From a virus (taxonomy: Duplodnaviria; Caudoviricetes): DNA of 54,137 nt. Below, piece by piece: positions 33,776-43,578 of this stretch. The stretch is from positions 1 through 54,137 of IMG/VR virus record IMGVR_UViG_3300022074_000055. One strand, given 5' to 3'. The notes below the pieces were generated by a model. The model saw only the letters and a list, made by a program, of their open reading frames with translations, was not told the origin of the DNA and searched no databases. A program made the translations under genes and the position numbers. Numbering within the stretch: the first letter of the stretch is position 1; the number at the start of each line of letters is the position of its first letter.

Positions 33776-34060
33776 ATGGCAGTACGAAAAACAAAAAAAG
33801 GTTTGGCTCTTAAAAGATGGTTCAAAGAAGATTGGAAGGACGTATCAACGGGGAAGGCGTGTGGGCGTGGCAAAAGTGAAAAACGGGGTACTCCATATTG
33901 TCGCCCCTCCAAGCGGGTTAGCTCTAAAACACCAAAAACAGCAAGCGAACTTAGTGTATCCGAAAAAAGAAGCAGAATAGCGCAGAAAAAAAAGCTTGGA
34001 CAACCAGCGGGTAAACCAAGAAGAGTGCAGGCTGTTAAAAGGAAAAAAAGGTCTTCTTAA
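33776..34060 (+). CDS. Small basic protein
   Basis: LKRWFKEDW.DV..G..CGR, PYCRP.KRVS.KTPKT. Confidence 0.7.
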   Translation: MAVRKTKKGLALKRWFKEDWKDVSTGKACGRGKSEKRGTPYCRPSKRVSSKTPKTASELSVSEKRSRIAQKKKLGQPAGKPRRVQAVKRKKRSS

Positions 34061-34632
34061 TGTTTCCTGATTTAGAAGAAAAAATTAAATCAGATTTAAG
34101 GAATTGGTCTAAATATGCTTTAGAAATTCCTAACGAACACTATAATAATTTACCTCCTTGCCCATACGCAAAAGCGGCTTGGATGAATGAAAAAATAGCT
34201 TTTGAATTTAACTATATAAACGGTGAAGATTTAATATATTCATGCATAAACAATTGGAAAGATGACAAAGAAGTATTGATATTAATTGACTTCTTCCCAA
34301 TGGATTTAGATGAATTGGATATTTTTTTAGATGATTTAAATCAAGATATAAGTCAAGGAAAGTATAATACAAAAGATATGTATCTCATGGGCTTTCATCC
34401 AGAAGATGAAAGTAATGAGTTATTAGATGAAAGTCTTGATATGGAAGAAGATTCAAGTCCTCCTTATGCTATGATTTTTTTCCAAAGATTAAGTAAGTTG
34501 CAAGAAGCTTCAGATTCCCTTAGAATAAAAGGGTATTATAATGTATGCGAAGATTATTATGATGCTGGGTCTTTATATGAGCGTAGAAAATCTATTTATA
34601 GGAGATTAAAAAATGGTAATGAAAAAAGCTAA
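34060..34632 (+). CDS. DUF1415-like hypothetical protein
   Basis: PPCPYAK, MGFHP, QRLSKL. Confidence 0.6.
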   Translation: MFPDLEEKIKSDLRNWSKYALEIPNEHYNNLPPCPYAKAAWMNEKIAFEFNYINGEDLIYSCINNWKDDKEVLILIDFFPMDLDELDIFLDDLNQDISQGKYNTKDMYLMGFHPEDESNELLDESLDMEEDSSPPYAMIFFQRLSKLQEASDSLRIKGYYNVCEDYYDAGSLYERRKSIYRRLKNGNEKS

Positions 34633-34777
34633 GAAAATGATGCGTGGCGGTGTCGCCAAGAAAATGATGCGTGGTGGCAATGTATCACCTAGAAAAGCTA
34701 TGGCTATGGGCATGATGGATGGCGGCAAAGTAAAGAAAGCCAAAAAAATGATGCGTGGTGGTAAAGTTAAAAAATAA
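34613..34777 (+). CDS. 54-aa KKMMRGG-repeat protein (not in ORF track)
   Basis: AGGAG SD; four MMxGG units; TAATG coupling to the next gene. Confidence 0.7.
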   Translation: MVMKKAKKMMRGGVAKKMMRGGNVSPRKAMAMGMMDGGKVKKAKKMMRGGKVKK

Positions 34778-35445
34778 TGACTGTATCAGGTTCAACTAAT
34801 TTTGAACTCGATGTATCTGATTACATTGAGGAGGCTTTTGAGCGTTGCGGTTTAGAGGTTCGTACTGGTTATGATTTAAAAACTGCTAAAAGGTCGTTGA
34901 ATCTTTTATTTGCTGATTGGGCTAATAGAGGTCTTAATCAATGGACTATCACTCAAAGAACACAAACTGTAACGCAAGGTGACGCGGATATTACTTTGGG
35001 TGCAGATGTTATTGATGTTTTGTCTATGGTTGTTCGCAGAGACAGCACAGACATTAGCATGGAGCGTGTTAGTAGGGACGAATATTTATCTATACCTAAC
35101 AAATCCACTCAAGCTAGACCCACTCAATTTTTTATAGACAGACAAATAACACCAGTATTAAAAATATGGCCTGCTCCTGAAAATAGCACAGATATTTTAG
35201 TCTATGATGCTTTAACAAGAATTGATGACGCTGATACATTTACAAATACTGTTGAAGTTCCTTTTAGATTTTATCCTTGTCTTGCTGCTGGTCTTGCATA
35301 TTATTTAGCAATTAAAAAGTCTCCAGATAGAATACAACTTTTAAAAGCTATTTATGATGAAGAGTTTGAAAGAGCAATGACAGAAGACAGAGATAGAGCT
35401 TCATTTAATGTATCTCCTAATCTTAGATACTACAGGGTTTCCTAA
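34777..35445 (+). CDS. Putative head-tail adaptor protein
   Basis: IEEAFERCG, A.RSLN.L..W.NRG.N.W, WP.P, P.RF.P.L..GLAY. Confidence 0.65.
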   Translation: MTVSGSTNFELDVSDYIEEAFERCGLEVRTGYDLKTAKRSLNLLFADWANRGLNQWTITQRTQTVTQGDADITLGADVIDVLSMVVRRDSTDISMERVSRDEYLSIPNKSTQARPTQFFIDRQITPVLKIWPAPENSTDILVYDALTRIDDADTFTNTVEVPFRFYPCLAAGLAYYLAIKKSPDRIQLLKAIYDEEFERAMTEDRDRASFNVSPNLRYYRVS

Positions 35446-36176
35446 TGAGTAACTTTGCATCTGGTAAATATGCTTATGGGATTTCAGATCGCTCTGGTTT
35501 TAGATATCGATTAAAAGATATGAGAAAAGAATGGAACGGTTCTTTGGTTGGATTTGATGAATTTGAACCAAAACATCCACAGCTTGAACCATTGAGATAC
35601 AGAACAGACCCAGAAGCTTTAAAAAATCCTAGACCAGATACAAATGATGACAATATTCCTTTTGTTGTTTTTACTAGCACAGGTAAGGACATTATACCTT
35701 CATCTATTGAAGATTTAACTTCTTTAACATCTAGTGTAGGTAGTGTGACAGTAACAAATACTTCTTCCAGTAGAACGGATGTTTCAACAAGTGCAACAGG
35801 TTTTAGTAGTTCAGTATCAGTAGGTACTTCAACTTCTATTTATCAATTATTTGCTGTAACAGTGGTTGATTCTGGGGGCAACAAATACTTTTTAGATGGT
35901 GTAAATAGAACAGGTTCAGCAATAACTTTGACAGAGGGTTCTACTTATAAATTTGACCAAAGCCACAGTTCTAATTCAAGTCATCCCTTGAGATTTTCTA
36001 CTACTTCTGATGGAAGTCATGGAGGAGGTAGTGAGTACACCACAGGAGTAACAACGTATGGAACACCAGGGAACGCAGGGGCTTACACACAAATAACTGT
36101 TGCGGCTAGTGCGCCAACCTTATATTACTACTGTACAAACCATAGCGGCATGGGCGGTCAGGCGAATACACCATGA
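35445..36176 (+). CDS. Virion protein with C-terminal cupredoxin-like domain
   Basis: SDRSGFRY N-terminus; HPLRFS...LYYYCTNHSGMGG. Confidence 0.6.
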   Translation: MSNFASGKYAYGISDRSGFRYRLKDMRKEWNGSLVGFDEFEPKHPQLEPLRYRTDPEALKNPRPDTNDDNIPFVVFTSTGKDIIPSSIEDLTSLTSSVGSVTVTNTSSSRTDVSTSATGFSSSVSVGTSTSIYQLFAVTVVDSGGNKYFLDGVNRTGSAITLTEGSTYKFDQSHSSNSSHPLRFSTTSDGSHGGGSEYTTGVTTYGTPGNAGAYTQITVAASAPTLYYYCTNHSGMGGQANTP

Positions 36177-36817
36177 GTTTTACATTTACAACTTTAAAAC
36201 AAACTATTCAAGATTGGACAGAAAATGACGAAACAACCTTCGTTAACAATCTTAATATTTTTATTAAAAACACAGAAGAACGTATTTTAAAACTTGTTGA
36301 TTTAGATTTTTTTAGAAAGAACGTGTCTGGTTCAACTTCAAGTAGTAATCGTTTTTTAGCTACACCTACTGATTATCTAGCATCTTTTTCATTATCTGTT
36401 ACAAATGGCAGTAATAAAGAGTTTTTACTGCTGAAGGATGTTAATTTTATACAAGAGTTTAATCCCAACTCTTCAACTACTGGAACACCAAGATATTATG
36501 CGCCTTTTGATGTAAGTAATTTTATTTTGGCTCCAACTCCAGATGCAAACTATGCTTCTGAGCTACATTATTATTATCGGCCTCAATCAATTACTGCTAC
36601 TAGCGATGGAACTTCTTGGCTTGGCACAAATGCGCCAGATACGTTGCTTTACGGATGTTTAGTTGAAGCATATACTTTTATGAAAGGTGAGGCTGACTTA
36701 TTACAACTTTATCAAGCCAGGTTTAACGAAGCTATATCTCGTTTAAAGAACTACGGTGAGGGCGTAGAAAACAGTGACGCATACAGGGAGGGTCTTGTTC
36801 GCGTTCAAAAAACATAA
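36173..36817 (+). CDS. Putative adaptor / tail tubular protein
   Basis: FI..TE.RI, G.PRYYA, APTPD..Y, LLYG.L.EA..F.K. Confidence 0.6.
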   Translation: MSFTFTTLKQTIQDWTENDETTFVNNLNIFIKNTEERILKLVDLDFFRKNVSGSTSSSNRFLATPTDYLASFSLSVTNGSNKEFLLLKDVNFIQEFNPNSSTTGTPRYYAPFDVSNFILAPTPDANYASELHYYYRPQSITATSDGTSWLGTNAPDTLLYGCLVEAYTFMKGEADLLQLYQARFNEAISRLKNYGEGVENSDAYREGLVRVQKT

Positions 36818-36827
36818 GAGGGGCAAT

Positions 36828-37601
36828 ATGAAAAAATTAAAAGGTAAAAACATAGCGATTGTCGCATTAGGCGGTTCGTTTTCAGAATATGTTTTATCAA
36901 GAATAAACTCTGTAAAATATGATGAAGTATGGGGCATTAATAGTATTGGTGCTATATTTCATGTAGACAAAACATTTATGATGGATCCTGCGAGTAGGTT
37001 TTTAGATGATGTAAAGGCTGGTTTGCAAACAGGTGTTGGCAGAGAATTTTTATTAAAAACACCTAATAAAGGGCCTATTTATTCTTGTGCATTAGATGAA
37101 CGTGTTCCTGAAATTATTGAATATCCTTTAGCAGAAGTTGTTAAAAAAGTAGAAGCTTGTTATTTCAATAATACAGTAGCATATGCTGTTGCTTTTGCTA
37201 TTGCAGCCGAAGTAGGCAAAATTAATTTATTTGGAATAGATTTTTCATACAAAAAAAATATACACCACGCAGAGGCTGGTAGAGCTTGTGTAGAGTTTTG
37301 GTGTGCTATAGCTACAAAAAATGGCATACCTGTTCAAGTCGCAAGATCTTCTTCACTGCTAGACACTAATGTTCCTGACAATGAAAAACTTTATGGATAT
37401 CACAGGTTAGAAAACCCTTTAGTTCAAACTTTTTTTGAAGGAAATTTAATGATAGCAAAGCAAAGTGAGATGACTGCTCCAGAACCAACTGATACCCAAG
37501 AAAAAGACGCTGTATTAATTGGTAGGCACGACATCCCAAATGTTAGTTATGTTAAAGAAAACAAGCCCAAAAGAGGCCGACCTAGAAAGGTTACAAAATG
37601 A
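36828..37601 (+). CDS. Rossmann-like glycosyltransferase/DUF115-type protein
   Basis: IAIVALGGS, VWGIN, FNNTVAYA.A.A, I.LFGIDF. Confidence 0.45.
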   Translation: MKKLKGKNIAIVALGGSFSEYVLSRINSVKYDEVWGINSIGAIFHVDKTFMMDPASRFLDDVKAGLQTGVGREFLLKTPNKGPIYSCALDERVPEIIEYPLAEVVKKVEACYFNNTVAYAVAFAIAAEVGKINLFGIDFSYKKNIHHAEAGRACVEFWCAIATKNGIPVQVARSSSLLDTNVPDNEKLYGYHRLENPLVQTFFEGNLMIAKQSEMTAPEPTDTQEKDAVLIGRHDIPNVSYVKENKPKRGRPRKVTK

Positions 37602-37888
37602 TTAGTGTAGAGACAGGAGTAACTGTTCAATCTGTAAACGTGATGACCTCAGACGAAGGGGGTCTAAGCACAGAACAGCTTACTGAATTAGCTATGGATA
37701 AAGTAATTAATGTTGCAGATAGCGCACCGCCTGCTATAAGGGATCAGGCAGAAGCTTTTCGCAGTTCTATAGAGAATGTGCTAAGATACTATATAGAATT
37801 GGCAAGACGAGAAGAACGTGCTACAATCGCTTATAGGATGGCGAAAGCTGGACAAAAGGAAATGGCTGATCTTGTTAGGAGAATATAA
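37598..37888 (+). CDS. Hypothetical protein
   Basis: ATGA coupling; APPAIRDQAEAF. Confidence 0.65.
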   Translation: MISVETGVTVQSVNVMTSDEGGLSTEQLTELAMDKVINVADSAPPAIRDQAEAFRSSIENVLRYYIELARREERATIAYRMAKAGQKEMADLVRRI

Positions 37889-38344
37889 ATGGCTATAGCT
37901 CAAGCAATGTGCAGTTCTTTTAAGAAAGAACTTTTAGAAGGTGTGCATAATTTTAAAAACTCTGGTGGAGGCACTTTTAAACTTGCTTTATATGCAGAGG
38001 GAAGTGGTGGTAAAAGTTCTACAACCGCAACATTGGGTGCAACAACAACTGCGTTCACTACAACGGGTGAAGTTGCTTCAAGTGGTACTTACACCACTGG
38101 GGGTGGTTCTTTAACCAGAGTAGACCCATCACTCTCTGGAACTACAGCATTAACTGATTTTGCTAATCTTAGTTTTACAACAGCTACGATTACAGCAATG
38201 GGTGCTTTAATTTATAATTCTAGTGCCTCTAATAAGGCTGTTGCGGTTCTTGATTTTACTAGTAATAAAACATCTACCTCTGGTACGTTTACAATTCAGT
38301 TTCCCACTGCTGACGCATCTAACGCAATCATTCGTATTGCTTAA
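37889..38344 (+). CDS. Tail/virion structural protein
   Basis: SFK.ELL.G.H.F, FKLALY, GALIYN, FTIQFP. Confidence 0.65.
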   Translation: MAIAQAMCSSFKKELLEGVHNFKNSGGGTFKLALYAEGSGGKSSTTATLGATTTAFTTTGEVASSGTYTTGGGSLTRVDPSLSGTTALTDFANLSFTTATITAMGALIYNSSASNKAVAVLDFTSNKTSTSGTFTIQFPTADASNAIIRIA

Positions 38345-38355
38345 TAGGTGGTGCT

Positions 38356-38874
38356 ATGGCTCTTGTTTTAGGAGATCGTGTAAAAGAAACCACGACTACG
38401 ACAGGAACAGGAACCTATAGTCTTGGCGGTGCTGAGAATAACTTTCAAGCGTTTTCTGTTATAGGCAACGGAAATACAACTTACTATTGTTGCCAAGACA
38501 GTTCCAACTTTGAAGTTGGAATAGGAACGTACACCGCTTCTGGCACTACATTAGCCCGAACTACTATATTACAGTCTAGTAATTCAGATAATGCTGTAAG
38601 TTGGAGTTCTGGTACAAAAACTATTTTCTGTTGTTACCCAGCCGATAAGGCAGTATTTTTGGACGCTAGTAATAATCTTAATGCGTTGTCCTCTGGTGCT
38701 GTAATTATGACCACATTAAATTCAGACACTCCTTCAACTACGACTTCAAGTGGTGACGCTGATTTTATTTTAATAGACGATGGTGGTACGATGAAAAAGA
38801 TAACACCGTCAAATTTAGGCATTGGAGATGGTGCGTCTAAAGGTTTTGCTACCGCTATGGCGATAGCCTTGTAG
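38356..38874 (+). CDS. Tail fibre-associated protein
   Basis: DRVKETTTTTGTG, EVGIGTY, ends AMAIAL. Confidence 0.6.
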   Translation: MALVLGDRVKETTTTTGTGTYSLGGAENNFQAFSVIGNGNTTYYCCQDSSNFEVGIGTYTASGTTLARTTILQSSNSDNAVSWSSGTKTIFCCYPADKAVFLDASNNLNALSSGAVIMTTLNSDTPSTTTSSGDADFILIDDGGTMKKITPSNLGIGDGASKGFATAMAIAL

Positions 38875-38883
38875 GAGTAAACT

Positions 38884-39210
38884 ATGGCACAAGACTTTGA
38901 AAGAAACATAGCAAGAAACATAGGGACTTCCGCAAGTACCTTGAGAACAGCTAACTCAGATGATGCAGTCGTTGGTATTAATATAGCTAATGTTCACACA
39001 TCTCAAATATTAGTTAATGTCTATGTAACTGCAAGTTCTGCCGATTATTATATTGTTAAAAATGCTCCTATACCAACGGGTTCTTCCCTTCAAGTTTTAG
39101 ACGGAGGGGCTAAGATTGTTTTACAATCGGGAGATGCTTTGAAGATTGTTAGTAACACAGCAAGTAGTTGTGATGCTTGGGTTTCAGTAGTTGACGCAAT
39201 TAGTACATAG
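38884..39210 (+). CDS. Virion structural protein
   Basis: K.APIP.GSSL, KIVL..GD.L. Confidence 0.6.
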   Translation: MAQDFERNIARNIGTSASTLRTANSDDAVVGINIANVHTSQILVNVYVTASSADYYIVKNAPIPTGSSLQVLDGGAKIVLQSGDALKIVSNTASSCDAWVSVVDAIST

Positions 39211-39218
39211 GAAAGATC

Positions 39219-39503
39219 ATGACTAACATTATAACATATTCTCAGCGTTACGATTCTGTTGGTGACACAGAAATAACTCAAAACATTGAGATAGTACAAC
39301 TAACTGTAACTACCACCTCTGGTTCTCCTAGATTAACTTTTACAAGTGGGGATGGTGGGTTTACTATCTTAGATATTGATTTTGTGCCAGAAAACGAATT
39401 TCGTATTTATGTTCCTGCTCCGGGACTAAGAGCCAGTAATCTTTGGATATCCAACATGACCAATGTAAAATCATGCACCGTTTTTTATAACAACGTAGAG
39501 TAG
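39219..39503 (+). CDS. Hypothetical protein
   Basis: AGGA SD; operon context. Confidence 0.55.
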   Translation: MTNIITYSQRYDSVGDTEITQNIEIVQLTVTTTSGSPRLTFTSGDGGFTILDIDFVPENEFRIYVPAPGLRASNLWISNMTNVKSCTVFYNNVE

Positions 39504-39511
39504 GAGCTATA

Positions 39512-39958
39512 ATGCCTTACATCGGTGGTCAACCAACAGCAAACTTTGTGGATATACCAGCCGTAGAGCGATTTAATGGCAATAACTCTACTACGTCTTT
39601 TACACTGTCTAGAACAGTAGGAAACGACCAAGATATTGTTGTTTCTGTTGATGGTGTTATTCAAGATACAAATAAATATAGCGTGAGTGGTACAACACTT
39701 AGCTTTAGCACAGCACCTTCAACGGGTACTGCTAATATCTTTGTAAATTTTCTTGGTCTTAATATTGCCACAGTTACACCTCCAACGGCTAACAAGTCGG
39801 ACTTTCTTGGTGGGGGTATGTTTCGTGTGAATGATAAAACGGTAGGTACTAATGTAACGATAGGTGGTGCAGAAAATGCTAGTGCCACTGGCCCTATTAC
39901 AGTTAACTCTAGTGTCACTCTTCAAGTAGAAGATGGCGGTACGTTGGTGATAATATGA
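39512..39958 (+). CDS. MPYIG-type fibre anchor protein A
   Basis: MPYIG, VSVDGVIQ, GPITV; paralog of 42731..43189. Confidence 0.65.
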   Translation: MPYIGGQPTANFVDIPAVERFNGNNSTTSFTLSRTVGNDQDIVVSVDGVIQDTNKYSVSGTTLSFSTAPSTGTANIFVNFLGLNIATVTPPTANKSDFLGGGMFRVNDKTVGTNVTIGGAENASATGPITVNSSVTLQVEDGGTLVII

Positions 39959-40332
39959 GTACAATAAAAGTTACTACATTACAAACATCTGCTGGCGGTG
40001 CTGTTACGCTGACTAAGCAGATTGCAGCAAAGGCTTGGTGTAACTTTAATGGCACTGGCACTGTAGCATTGAGAGATAGCTTCAATGTGGGTTCAATTAC
40101 AGACAACGGCACTGGAAACTATACAATTAACTTTACAAACAATATGGCAGACGCAAATTATTCGTTTTATCAGTTTAATGCAGGTGCGGCTAATTATGGA
40201 AGCTATGGTTTGTACGATTTTATGTTTTCTGCACCTACTACCAGTTCATTTAGAACAACAACAGAAAACAACAGTGGTACAAATGTAGATACTATTCAAG
40301 TAAATGATGCTGTACACGGAGACTTAGCATGA
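39955..40332 (+). CDS. GDLA-family fibre module 1
   Basis: AKAWCNFNGTG.VALRDSFNV.SITDNGTG; ends HGDLA. Confidence 0.7.
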   Translation: MSTIKVTTLQTSAGGAVTLTKQIAAKAWCNFNGTGTVALRDSFNVGSITDNGTGNYTINFTNNMADANYSFYQFNAGAANYGSYGLYDFMFSAPTTSSFRTTTENNSGTNVDTIQVNDAVHGDLA

Positions 40333-40748
40333 GTGAAATCTTAGTAGACAATCTCACAGGTAAGACCTCTGCTGGTGACATTACAGTTACAAGCGAGGGT
40401 GGTGCGGCTACGCAATCCTTGCAACAAGGGTTGGCAAAGGCTTGGGTAAATTTTAGTGGTGAAGGAACAATTGCTACTAGAGATAGTCTAAATGTAGGTT
40501 CTTTGACTGATAATGGAACAGGTGATTATACTGTAAATTACACAAACAATATGAATAATGCTAATTATAACTCAGCCTGTACAGGTAGTTGGAATGGTGA
40601 TGTAGCAAGGGGTTCGCTTTTTGGTTTTGGTGCTAATACAGCTAATATGACTACAAGCACTATAAGGACACATTGTTTGCAATCAGGAAATTATGGGGCG
40701 TTTGACGGTACTATATTATGTGTAGATACTAAAGGAGACTTAGCATGA
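40329..40748 (+). CDS. GDLA-family fibre module 2
   Basis: AKAWVNF..RDSLNV.SLTDNGTG; ends KGDLA. Confidence 0.7.
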   Translation: MSEILVDNLTGKTSAGDITVTSEGGAATQSLQQGLAKAWVNFSGEGTIATRDSLNVGSLTDNGTGDYTVNYTNNMNNANYNSACTGSWNGDVARGSLFGFGANTANMTTSTIRTHCLQSGNYGAFDGTILCVDTKGDLA

Positions 40749-41314
40749 GTACATTAAAAGTAGATAATCTCCTGTTGCAGAACAATAATGCAGGCACTGG
40801 CAGAATACTTGAGGTAGTATCTGGTGTGTGTGATGGCAGGAGCATTACTACGATGAGTGGTACGTATTCTTTAGAAAATGTAACGGCTGTTCAATTATTA
40901 AACACTACTTATACTGCTGTAACAGGGTCTTCAATCACATACACTCCCCCTGAAGGAACAAAAACTGTTATTTATGAGTTTTGGTCACAAATAGGCGCAG
41001 AAGATGGTGCAGATTCTATATGCCATAGTATATTATATATTGATGATGTTGAAGTTGTATCTTCTAGACACGCTCCAAGTGCGTATAGAGCTATGAATCA
41101 AACCTTTAAATGGCCAATACAATGTAATGCAAGTGCAGACAATACTGATGTAGGGTCGTTTACTTCGTGGACCTCCTCTAAAACACTTAAAATAATGGCT
41201 CGTTCTTATAGCACCGGTTATGATCAGCGTTATCATAATACTCGATATTGGAATGGATCTGGCAATACAACGCAAGTTACTAGACCTGTCTTAACAATAA
41301 CAGCAATAGGATAA
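40745..41314 (+). CDS. Fibre-tip-like protein, paralog of 42172..42726
   Basis: MSTLKVD, CDG, YTPP.G, W.S.KTLK, ITAIG. Confidence 0.65.
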   Translation: MSTLKVDNLLLQNNNAGTGRILEVVSGVCDGRSITTMSGTYSLENVTAVQLLNTTYTAVTGSSITYTPPEGTKTVIYEFWSQIGAEDGADSICHSILYIDDVEVVSSRHAPSAYRAMNQTFKWPIQCNASADNTDVGSFTSWTSSKTLKIMARSYSTGYDQRYHNTRYWNGSGNTTQVTRPVLTITAIG

Positions 41315-41317
41315 ATA

Positions 41318-41776
41318 ATGGATACACCACAGTTTCAAGGCACACACTTATTTGACAGATTATGTTGGGCGAAAGAAAACCTAGATGGAGTGCAGTCTGA
41401 GTATCGAGTTGTATATGAGGATAAGCTAGAAGAGTGTGCAAAGATTCTTGTGCCTGACCCTAACTGGATGGCGTGTGCTTTACAGGGTGGTATATTGCCA
41501 CCTGTTTGGGTATATTGGGAGTTAAAGAAGGATGAAGCTCAACCTGATTTTAAAAAACATACTCGTGGGTATTTGTTACATCAGACAGAACCTATTAAGG
41601 CAATGACAGAAGAAGAGGCAATAGAATACTTGATTCAGAAAGATGTGCCAGAGCATGTTTGGAAGAATTGGGATGAAGGTAATCGTCCTAAGATGGTTAT
41701 CTGTAGGAAGAACCAACTTCCTGCAACAAGAGAGTGGAGAAACGCATGGCGTATCTCTGAAGAACTAGCCGCATAA
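41318..41776 (+). CDS. Putative tail fibre assembly protein
   Basis: KDVP, LP..R.WRNAW. Confidence 0.55.
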   Translation: MDTPQFQGTHLFDRLCWAKENLDGVQSEYRVVYEDKLEECAKILVPDPNWMACALQGGILPPVWVYWELKKDEAQPDFKKHTRGYLLHQTEPIKAMTEEEAIEYLIQKDVPEHVWKNWDEGNRPKMVICRKNQLPATREWRNAWRISEELAA

Positions 41777-41787
41777 AGGAGATTTAG

Positions 41788-42162
41788 ATGGCTGTAACAA
41801 CATACATAGTAGATAAGGACGGCAATCAAGCTAATTCCGCTAGTGTTACCAAGCCGTCTGACCGTAATTTTCGTGATGCTTGGACACTTTCTGGTAACGT
41901 GATATCAGAAGACTTAGATACTGCGAAAACAATTTTTAAAGATAAAATTAGGGAAGTTCGCGCACCTTTGCTTGAAGCAGAAGATGTTGTGTATATGAAA
42001 GCATTAGAGGCAGATGATGCAAGTGCAAAGACTGCATCTGTTACAAAGAAAACAAATCTTCGTAACGCTCCTGCCGCAAGTGCAATAACAAATGCAACAA
42101 CGATTGCTGAACTTAAAGCTGCTTGGGATACAAGTTTACTAGGAGCAAGTCCTTACGCATAG
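41788..42162 (+). CDS. Putative tail fibre assembly chaperone
   Basis: PSDR.FR.AW, IRE.R.PLL...D, LR.AP, ELKAAW. Confidence 0.6.
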   Translation: MAVTTYIVDKDGNQANSASVTKPSDRNFRDAWTLSGNVISEDLDTAKTIFKDKIREVRAPLLEAEDVVYMKALEADDASAKTASVTKKTNLRNAPAASAITNATTIAELKAAWDTSLLGASPYA

Positions 42163-42171
42163 GAACAAAGT

Positions 42172-42726
42172 ATGACACTTACACAAGTTAGACCAGCAGG
42201 AATTGCTCCTTCAAGTGGGAGGACTTTGGAGACACTTGCCGCTTTGTGCGATGGTCAAAGTTACACCGTATCAAGTGGTGCATATACCACGACAAATGTT
42301 ACGGCAGTACAAGTTGGCACAACGTCCTATGTAGATATTTCAGGAAGTTCAATAGACTATACCCCGCCAACTGGGGCGACTTGTGTAATATATGAATTTA
42401 CTTACTTACGATCGCATGTTGATGAACATGGCATACTTCATACAAGATTTTATATAAACAGTGATGAAGTTGTTGATGCTAGAGTAACGAGCGCAGGATC
42501 GTATTACGGAGAACAAGTTACTTTTAATTGGGTAATTCCTATAGGTGGTACAGCTAATACAGATACTGGAAGACAAGCTTCTTGGTCTTCTGCCAAAACA
42601 TTGAAGTTACAGTTTAGAGAATATGCAACTGGTAACACGATAAAATTACATCAGACACTTTGGTTTGACGGGGCTACTAGTTCTCAGTTTCATAGACCGC
42701 AGATAAAAATTACAGCTTTAGGATAA
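42172..42726 (+). CDS. Fibre-tip-like protein, paralog of 40745..41314
   Basis: CDG, YTPP.G, WSSAKTLK, ITALG. Confidence 0.65.
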   Translation: MTLTQVRPAGIAPSSGRTLETLAALCDGQSYTVSSGAYTTTNVTAVQVGTTSYVDISGSSIDYTPPTGATCVIYEFTYLRSHVDEHGILHTRFYINSDEVVDARVTSAGSYYGEQVTFNWVIPIGGTANTDTGRQASWSSAKTLKLQFREYATGNTIKLHQTLWFDGATSSQFHRPQIKITALG

Positions 42727-42730
42727 ACAT

Positions 42731-43189
42731 ATGCCATATATAGGAAAAAGTCCAACTAACGGTGTAAGAACACGATACCTGTATACAGCTACTGATGCAC
42801 AGACAGCGTTCTCAGGCAGTGACAGCAGTTCTAATGTTCTTGTGTACACAGATGGCATGTTCATGGACGTATACCAAAACGGTGTGTTACTTAAACCAAC
42901 TACTGACTATGCAGCGACAAACGGAACAACTGTCACGCTTACAACAGGCGCACAAGGTAACGATGTACTTGAAATGGTTGTCTATGATGTATTCAGTGTA
43001 CAAGGTAACTACACTAAAACAGAGTCAGATACACGCTATCCGTTTAAAGGTAACAACAGTATTATACGCCTTAATGGTCAGACAATAAGCAATGACCTTA
43101 CAATAGATAGTGATGAGAATGGTATGTCTGCTGGGCCTATCACACAAAGTGCTACAGTCACTGTTAATGGCTACTGGAGTATTGTATGA
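42731..43189 (+). CDS. MPYIG-type fibre anchor protein B
   Basis: MPYIG, VY.NGVLL, DY.ATNGT, NGMSAGPIT. Confidence 0.65.
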   Translation: MPYIGKSPTNGVRTRYLYTATDAQTAFSGSDSSSNVLVYTDGMFMDVYQNGVLLKPTTDYAATNGTTVTLTTGAQGNDVLEMVVYDVFSVQGNYTKTESDTRYPFKGNNSIIRLNGQTISNDLTIDSDENGMSAGPITQSATVTVNGYWSIV

Positions 43190-43578
43190 CCAGTGTATTA
43201 AATGTAGATACGATTGCAGCAAAAGATGGCACTAGCCCTGTTGCGTTGACTAAGCAACTAGCTCCGAAAGCTGTTTTTGGTATGAATTTAAGTTCTACTA
43301 CTTATGCTGGTGTAACTCAAAATTCGTTACCTAGTAATACTTTAAATATATCAAGTGGTACAGATGCTGGAACTGGAGATGCTCATGGAAACTATACTAC
43401 TAATATGGCAGGGTTAGAAAATGTTTATCCAGATGGTATTATAGCCGCAAACAATACACAGAATGTAGATATAGGTGTCACAACTACTGCTTTGTTAGCT
43501 ACACAACAACATGACGCAGATTCAAGTAGTGACATAAATAGTTATGGTTTTACTTTAGTATTTGGAGACTTGGCGTAA
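43186..43578 (+). CDS. GDLA-family fibre module 3
   Basis: NISS.TD.GTG; ends FGDLA. Confidence 0.7.
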   Translation: MTSVLNVDTIAAKDGTSPVALTKQLAPKAVFGMNLSSTTYAGVTQNSLPSNTLNISSGTDAGTGDAHGNYTTNMAGLENVYPDGIIAANNTQNVDIGVTTTALLATQQHDADSSSDINSYGFTLVFGDLA

